From positions 1 to 48,694 of the IMG/VR virus record IMGVR_UViG_3300033153_005799: a DNA stretch of 48,694 bases, one strand, 5' to 3'. This DNA comes from a virus. Its lineage: Duplodnaviria > Caudoviricetes. Shown in pieces: positions 45,998 through 48,694 of the stretch (position 1 is the stretch's first letter; each line of letters starts with the position of its first letter). The translations under genes were made by a program, and so were the position numbers. The notes beneath the pieces were generated by a model. That model had not been told where the DNA came from. It did no database searches and saw only the letters and a list, made by a program, of their open reading frames with translations.

Positions 45998-47178
45998 TAG
46001 TCTGCCTTCCTTCTTATTTTAAACGGTTTCCCTTTAGTTGCTTTTATATGTTTAGGCAGCTCCACTGCTCCTGCCTTCCTTCTTAAATACATTGGAGGCC
46101 CCTTAGCTTCTGCAGCATCCTGCAGTGCTCGTGCCATTTCTCCAGGAGTTAGTTTCTTTTTACTTTTAGGACTTCTTACAACTCCTTCAATCCACTCATC
46201 AAAAGTATCAGGTAGCTTTCCTTCTTTAACTTTCTTTTGTATAGCAGTTCTCTTTCTAAATCCTTTAGCTGCTTCCCCTAATGTTTTCCTGTAAAGCGTA
46301 GGAGACCTTTTCATCATGTCTTGTGTAACAACTTTTGCTGCTATATTAAAGGCTTTATCATATTCTTTACTTGTTATTTTCCTTCCTTTATCTACTGCCC
46401 AAGAAGTTAATCTTGCGTGTGTTTCAGTAGGGTCATCTTTATAAAACTTTCTCCCAAATTTTACTTTATTAGAAGCTTTAGCTCTTGCAACTGCTTTATT
46501 TGCTATATCAGAAGATGTTTCAAGTACAGCAGCGTTATAACCCTTTCTTGTTTTATCTCCTTTAGTTGCATGTGCAGTAGAGTGTACTGTTTCATGCCAC
46601 CACTCTTCTGAACCAGCTTTTGGGTCTAACTGAATTTTAGATTCTCCAGGTTTCTGTCCTATCCTTACATTTCTTCCGGTAGTTCCTGGAGGAAGTCTAT
46701 CTGTATACTTAACATTTATTAAAGGGTCAAATACTTCTTTTGGGGTATTTCTCATAGTAGCTGCCATTGCTCTAACTTTCTTTGGTGGTAGTAGACTATT
46801 AGTAATTTCTCTTGCACCTACATTGGTATACCCAGCTTTTAGTGCTTTTTTCTTAGTATCAATTCTTATTTTTCCAGCGCTACTTCCAAGTGTCTTGCGA
46901 GCAGCAGCTCCTGTCATCCCTGCACCAACAGTGTTTGGAGGCAACCCTCCAGGCTTTCCACCTACTATACCACTAAGCACAGCAAGTGTCAACTCCTCAC
47001 TGGTTATATCTAACGGCTCACCTTTATAAGCACTTATCAAAGCTCCACCAGCTTTACTTGCTGGTGTTAGCATTTCAGTACCTAACTGCTTGAAGCCTCT
47101 ACCGACCTTGTGAACATAGTCACTCACGCCTTTTCTTCTTCTAATATCTTCAGCAGTCTTCTTTTTTCTAATTGGCAT
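45997..47178 (-). CDS. basic protein with HExxH zincin-like motif
   Basis: IQLDP...WWHETVH...PTETHAR; very K/R-rich. Confidence 0.6.
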   Translation of the reverse strand: MPIRKKKTAEDIRRRKGVSDYVHKVGRGFKQLGTEMLTPASKAGGALISAYKGEPLDITSEELTLAVLSGIVGGKPGGLPPNTVGAGMTGAAARKTLGSSAGKIRIDTKKKALKAGYTNVGAREITNSLLPPKKVRAMAATMRNTPKEVFDPLINVKYTDRLPPGTTGRNVRIGQKPGESKIQLDPKAGSEEWWHETVHSTAHATKGDKTRKGYNAAVLETSSDIANKAVARAKASNKVKFGRKFYKDDPTETHARLTSWAVDKGRKITSKEYDKAFNIAAKVVTQDMMKRSPTLYRKTLGEAAKGFRKRTAIQKKVKEGKLPDTFDEWIEGVVRSPKSKKKLTPGEMARALQDAAEAKGPPMYLRRKAGAVELPKHIKATKGKPFKIRRKAD

Positions 47179-47186
47179 ATATTCCC

Positions 47187-47206
47187 AGAAAGGTCACGGA
47201 TTGACC
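47187..47206. promoter_or_regulatory. dispersed palindromic element, copy 9
   Basis: AGAAAGGTCAC-GGA-TTGACC. Confidence 0.65.
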
Positions 47207-47213
47207 TACTCAG

Positions 47214-47678
47214 TTATAAACTTGGTTCATACTCCGGATTAGTTACATCCTTAATTATTTCAGTAACATCATCTCCATTAACATCTACAATATCAACTTC
47301 CTTAGCATTCAGTGCCAGCTCCTCTTTCTCTATCTTAATTAAATAACCCACCAGTCCCTTTATGTCAGTCGGTTTACCTTCCAATACTTGTTCCTTATCT
47401 TTCAGTATTTTAAATGCGAATACTAAGTCGCGAAGTGGGGCTTGTTCTATTTTATCAGGAGTAATTGCTTCGAGGATTTTAGCTTGAATACTTGTTAATT
47501 GTAAGGACTGAAGTGGCCTGTACTTCATAAGAATGCCTTGTTCTTGCTGTATCTTGGCAATCCTATTGGAGATGGTTTGAGGAGAACAGCCTATTTCGTC
47601 TGCCTGCTCCTTTATCGTTAGTCCCATATCTCCAAAGTCAAGTAGTACATCAGTATCTATATCTAATAGCTTTCCCAT
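47214..47678 (-). CDS. probable terminase small subunit (HTH)
   Basis: GLTIKEQADEIGCSPQTISNRI helix-turn-helix; first late gene, upstream of terL. Confidence 0.65.
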   Translation of the reverse strand: MGKLLDIDTDVLLDFGDMGLTIKEQADEIGCSPQTISNRIAKIQQEQGILMKYRPLQSLQLTSIQAKILEAITPDKIEQAPLRDLVFAFKILKDKEQVLEGKPTDIKGLVGYLIKIEKEELALNAKEVDIVDVNGDDVTEIIKDVTNPEYEPSL

Positions 47679-47715
47679 AAAGTCCTTGTTGTTAAAGGTA
47701 TGTGTAATAGATTCT

Positions 47716-47771
47716 ATCTATAACACACTTTTTCAAAGATGTCAACAATTATTATCCAAACCTTGACGATT
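47716..47771 (-). promoter_or_regulatory. late-arm promoter
   Basis: on - strand AATCGTCAAGG-N15-TTGACA (47745-47740)-N17 with TG-TATAGA. Confidence 0.7.
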
Positions 47772-47963
47772 TATTTCCTTTCTGAAGTATTCTAAGCAAG
47801 TCGTATAAATTCACCTACTGTGTAACAAAGGTCTATATCATTTCATCCACCTTAACCGTTGGGTGCTTCGGGGGCATCAAGGTTTCATCAAATAACCGTC
47901 ATTAAACACGCCAGCCTGTATACCCAATGAAATCAACACGTTACGGAGTACTCAAAATAATTG

Positions 47964-47992
47964 TTGACAATACCATTTTAAAATGTAATAAT
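47964..47992 (+). promoter_or_regulatory. sigma70-type promoter
   Basis: TTGACA-N17 with TG-AATAAT. Confidence 0.65.
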
Positions 47993-48010
47993 GCACTCAA
48001 CAAATCAATT

Positions 48011-48023
48011 TGTTCTTTGACAA
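48011..48023 (+). promoter_or_regulatory. boxA-like antitermination motif
   Basis: TGTTCTTTGACAA versus rrn boxA TGCTCTTTAACA, just downstream of the promoter. Confidence 0.5.
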
Positions 48024-48024
48024 T

Positions 48025-48542
48025 TTAAACTTTATTCTTCTTAATAGTGGCATGACCTCCAATTAAAAAGGAGTCAATCATGGCACAAGCAAAGATAAAA
48101 GTAAGTATCGACCACACCACAGGTGTAATCACATGGGAAGGGCTTGACTTTGAAGTAAACGTACCAGAATTGTTATTCATAGAGGACTGGTCAGAACGTA
48201 TGGCGCTTGACCGCATGGCATCCTGTCATGGGATTAAGCAAAAAGTCAATGACTCACGAGCCGGATTAACCTTTGACAAAGGTAATACCGAAGCAGATAT
48301 GGTTAACGTAATGCAAGAAGTTGTTGACCACATCGCTGACGGCCAATGGAATAAGACCAAAGAAGGCTCAAAAGGCAAGAGTCTGTCCTTAACCAATGCC
48401 ATCAGCAAGATGAAGGAACTCGGTAAAACTGAAGCAGAAATTCGGGAAAGTCTCGACTGGATGTTTCCAGCAATTGACGTTAATACACTTAAAATATAAT
48501 TCAACCTGAGGTCATGTTACTACTAAGTAGAATAAAATTTAA
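48025..48542. repeat. 35-bp imperfect inverted repeat (48025-48059 and 48508-48542) enclosing one gene
   Basis: 30 of 35 positions complementary. Confidence 0.8.
48080..48499 (+). CDS. hypothetical protein, likely paralog of 5600..5971
   Basis: AAGGAG RBS; HGIKQKVNDSRAG...IADGQW. Confidence 0.75.
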   Translation: MAQAKIKVSIDHTTGVITWEGLDFEVNVPELLFIEDWSERMALDRMASCHGIKQKVNDSRAGLTFDKGNTEADMVNVMQEVVDHIADGQWNKTKEGSKGKSLSLTNAISKMKELGKTEAEIRESLDWMFPAIDVNTLKI

Positions 48543-48561
48543 GAAAAGTCAACGATTTACC
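48541..48561. promoter_or_regulatory. dispersed palindromic element, copy 10
   Basis: AAGAAAAGTCAA-CGA-TTTACC. Confidence 0.65.
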
Positions 48562-48586
48562 TGCTTTACTGAGAAAGTTTAAGAGA

Positions 48587-48689
48587 GGTGTATTTAGTGC
48601 GATATGTAGCCTGTACGTGTACGTTGTACGTGTATTTATTCCCTACATTATTGGGTCATTTCCGTTGACCTTTCTTACCTTCTCTTAAG
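48587..48689. repeat. right arm of imperfect inverted repeat with TGTACG repeats
   Basis: reverse complement resembles 95-220. Confidence 0.75.
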
Positions 48690-48694
48690 AAAAA

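Noticed and set aside
589-48561. Dispersed palindrome as a CRISPR array, with the Cas4-like nuclease as a cas gene
   Set aside because: Copies are kilobases apart with no regular spacers; the nuclease sits in a standard Sak4/SSB recombination module.

Overview
Apparently near-complete ~48.7 kb AT-rich dsDNA tailed phage genome with a podovirus-like gene set (P22-like portal, N4-gp56-type major capsid protein). No integrase, RNA polymerase, tRNA or CRISPR array was recognised. The + strand carries early and replication genes (~48080 across the contig ends to ~15350): small ORFs, ATP-dependent ligase, Cas4-like nuclease/Sak4-like ATPase/SSB recombination module, ParB-methyltransferase fusion, UDG-PolA fusion and a DUF3987-like helicase. 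The - strand carries late genes (~47680 to 15457): terminase, portal, scaffold, capsid, decoration proteins, tail and internal proteins, a large fibre cluster with an embedded glycosyltransferase, methyltransferase and Cys-cluster gene, and lysis genes. The two arms diverge from back-to-back sigma70-type promoters near 47.7-48.0 kb. Most notable observations: (1) a truncated paralog of the terminase ATPase domain lacking Walker A/B, directly upstream of terL (candidate decoy or inhibitor); (2) a poly(dA) tract at the centre of a symmetric inverted repeat spanning the contig ends; (3) ten dispersed copies of a palindromic RGTCAA-N3-TTGACC element at gene junctions; (4) a single gene enclosed by promoter, boxA-like motif and a 35-bp panhandle; (5) a shared acidic repeat across fibre proteins next to modification enzymes. 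All calls come from reading motifs by eye; no searches were run.
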